64,000 nucleotides of DNA, from positions 10,544 through 74,543 of the forward strand of contig CAXHJY010001222.1 of the NCBI GenBank assembly GCA_964016885.1, read 5' to 3'. The notes under the pieces were generated by a model that worked only from the letters and a program-made list of their open reading frames with translations, made no database searches and was not told where the DNA came from. Origin of the DNA: Eledone cirrhosa. Lineage: Eukaryota. Shown here piece after piece: positions 62,901-64,000 of this stretch; position 1 is the first letter of the stretch, and each line of letters starts with the position of its first letter. A program made the translations under genes and the position numbers.

Positions 62901-64000
62901 TGTTGGTAATGCCGTTGTTGTTGGTGGTGGTTGTGTTGGTGTTGGTTGTAGTGGTAGTGTTGGTAATGCCGTTGTTGTTGGTGGTGGTGGTGTTGGTGTT
63001 GGTTGTAGTGGTAGTGTTGGTAATGCCGTTGTTGTTGGTAGTGTTGGTGTTGGTTGTAGTGGTAGTGTTGGTAATGCCGTTGTTGGTGTTGGTGGTGGTG
63101 TTGGTTGTAAGTGGTAGTATTGGTAATGCCGTTGTTGTTGGTGGTGGTGGTGTTGGTGTTGGTTGTAGTGGTAGTGTTTAATGTCGGTGTTGTTGTTGGT
63201 GTTGGTGTTGGTTGTAGTGGTAGTGTTGGTAATGCCGTTGTTGGTGGTGGTGTTGGTGTTGGTTGTAGTGGTAGTGTTGGTAATGCCGTTGTTGTGGTGG
63301 TTGGTTGTGTTGGTGTTGGTTGTAGTGGTAGTGTTGGTAATAGCCGTTGTTGTTGGTGGTGGTGGTGGTTGGTGTTGGTTGTAGTGGTAGTGTTGGTAAT
63401 GCCGTTGTTGTTGGTAGTGTTGGTGTTGGTTGTAGTGGTAGTGTTGGTAATGCCGTTGTTGGTGTTGGTGGTGGTGTTGGTTGTAGTGGTAGTATTGGTA
63501 ATGCCGTTGTTGTTGGTGGTGGTGGTGTTGTGTTGGTTGGTGAGTGGTAGTGTTTAATGTCGGTGATGTTGTTGGTGTTGGTGTTGGTTGTAGTGGTAGT
63601 GTTGTTATGCCGTTGTTTGTGGTGGTGTTGGTGTTGTTGTAGTGGTAGTGTTGGTAATGCCGTTGTTGTTGGTGGTGGTTGTGTTGGTGTTGGTTGTAGT
63701 GGTATTGTTGGTAACCGTTGTTGTTGTTGTTGGAGTTGGTGTTGGTTGTAGTGGTAGTGTTGGTAATGCCGTTGTTGTTGGTAGTGTTGGTGTTGGTTGT
63801 AGTGGTAGTGTTGTTAATGCCGCTGTTGGTGTTGGTGGTGGTGTTGGTGGTGTTGGTTGTAGTGGTAGTGTTGATAATGCCGGTGTTGTTGGTGGTGGTG
63901 TTGGTGTTGGTTGTTAGTGGTAGTGTTGGTAATGCCGTTTTTGTTGTTGGTGTTGGTGGTGTTGGTGGTTGTAGTGGTAGTGTTGGTAATGCCGTTGTTG
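32930..64000. repeat. ~31-kb G/T-rich minisatellite array; core GGTTGTAGTGGTAGTGTTGGTAATGCC plus a variable (GTT)n(GGT)m(GTTGGT)k spacer
   Basis: The core recurs roughly every 40-65 nt through to the window end (about 600 units by rough estimate). Higher-order repeats are visible. Confidence 0.97.

Noticed and set aside
32809-63917. Giant + strand Val/Leu-rich and Gly/Val/Cys-rich ORFs (up to 2741 aa)
   Set aside because: They are by-products of a triplet-phased G/T satellite that lacks stops in those frames. They mostly have non-ATG or internal starts and no domains.
32930-64000. CRISPR-like appearance (constant 27-nt repeat with variable spacers)
   Set aside because: The spacers are only GGT/GTT runs rather than unique sequence, the context is eukaryotic, and there are no cas genes.
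32930-64000. Telomeric repeat
   Set aside because: G/T-rich, but there are no TTAGGG arrays and the unit is long and variable.
62700-64000. Dense one-off indels at the far end of the array as biological decay
   Set aside because: Non-recurrent 1-nt indels cluster near the window end and are more consistent with low consensus accuracy.

Overview
Repeat-saturated animal genomic DNA, most likely an octopus or another cephalopod. That call is inferred from the recurrent SINE family and the extreme microsatellite load. I found no supportable host protein-coding gene. Bases 1-32.6 kb are a patchwork of microsatellites, two tRNA-type SINE families, decayed Penelope-like and R4/Dong-like retroelement remnants, and several short (TA)n-flanked elements with inverted or direct terminal duplications and hammerhead-ribozyme-like motifs. 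The main coding feature is a near-intact, full-length Tx1-type (L1-group) LINE at 17151-22865, with a CCHC ORF1 and an APE-RT-zinc-finger ORF2 broken by one 14-nt deletion. It sits inside a (TATC)n/GATA microsatellite, directly followed by a second, diverged, 5'-truncated relative in the same tract, which suggests a GATA-repeat-targeting lineage. Four relatives in the window share a covarying 3'-terminal GCC-N5-GGC stem-loop next to AATAAA. From about 32.9 kb to the end is a ~31-kb G/T-rich minisatellite with a 27-nt conserved core and triplet-variable spacers, organised into higher-order repeats. It produces huge Pro/Thr-, Val/Leu- and Gly/Val-rich ORFs that are probably not translated.
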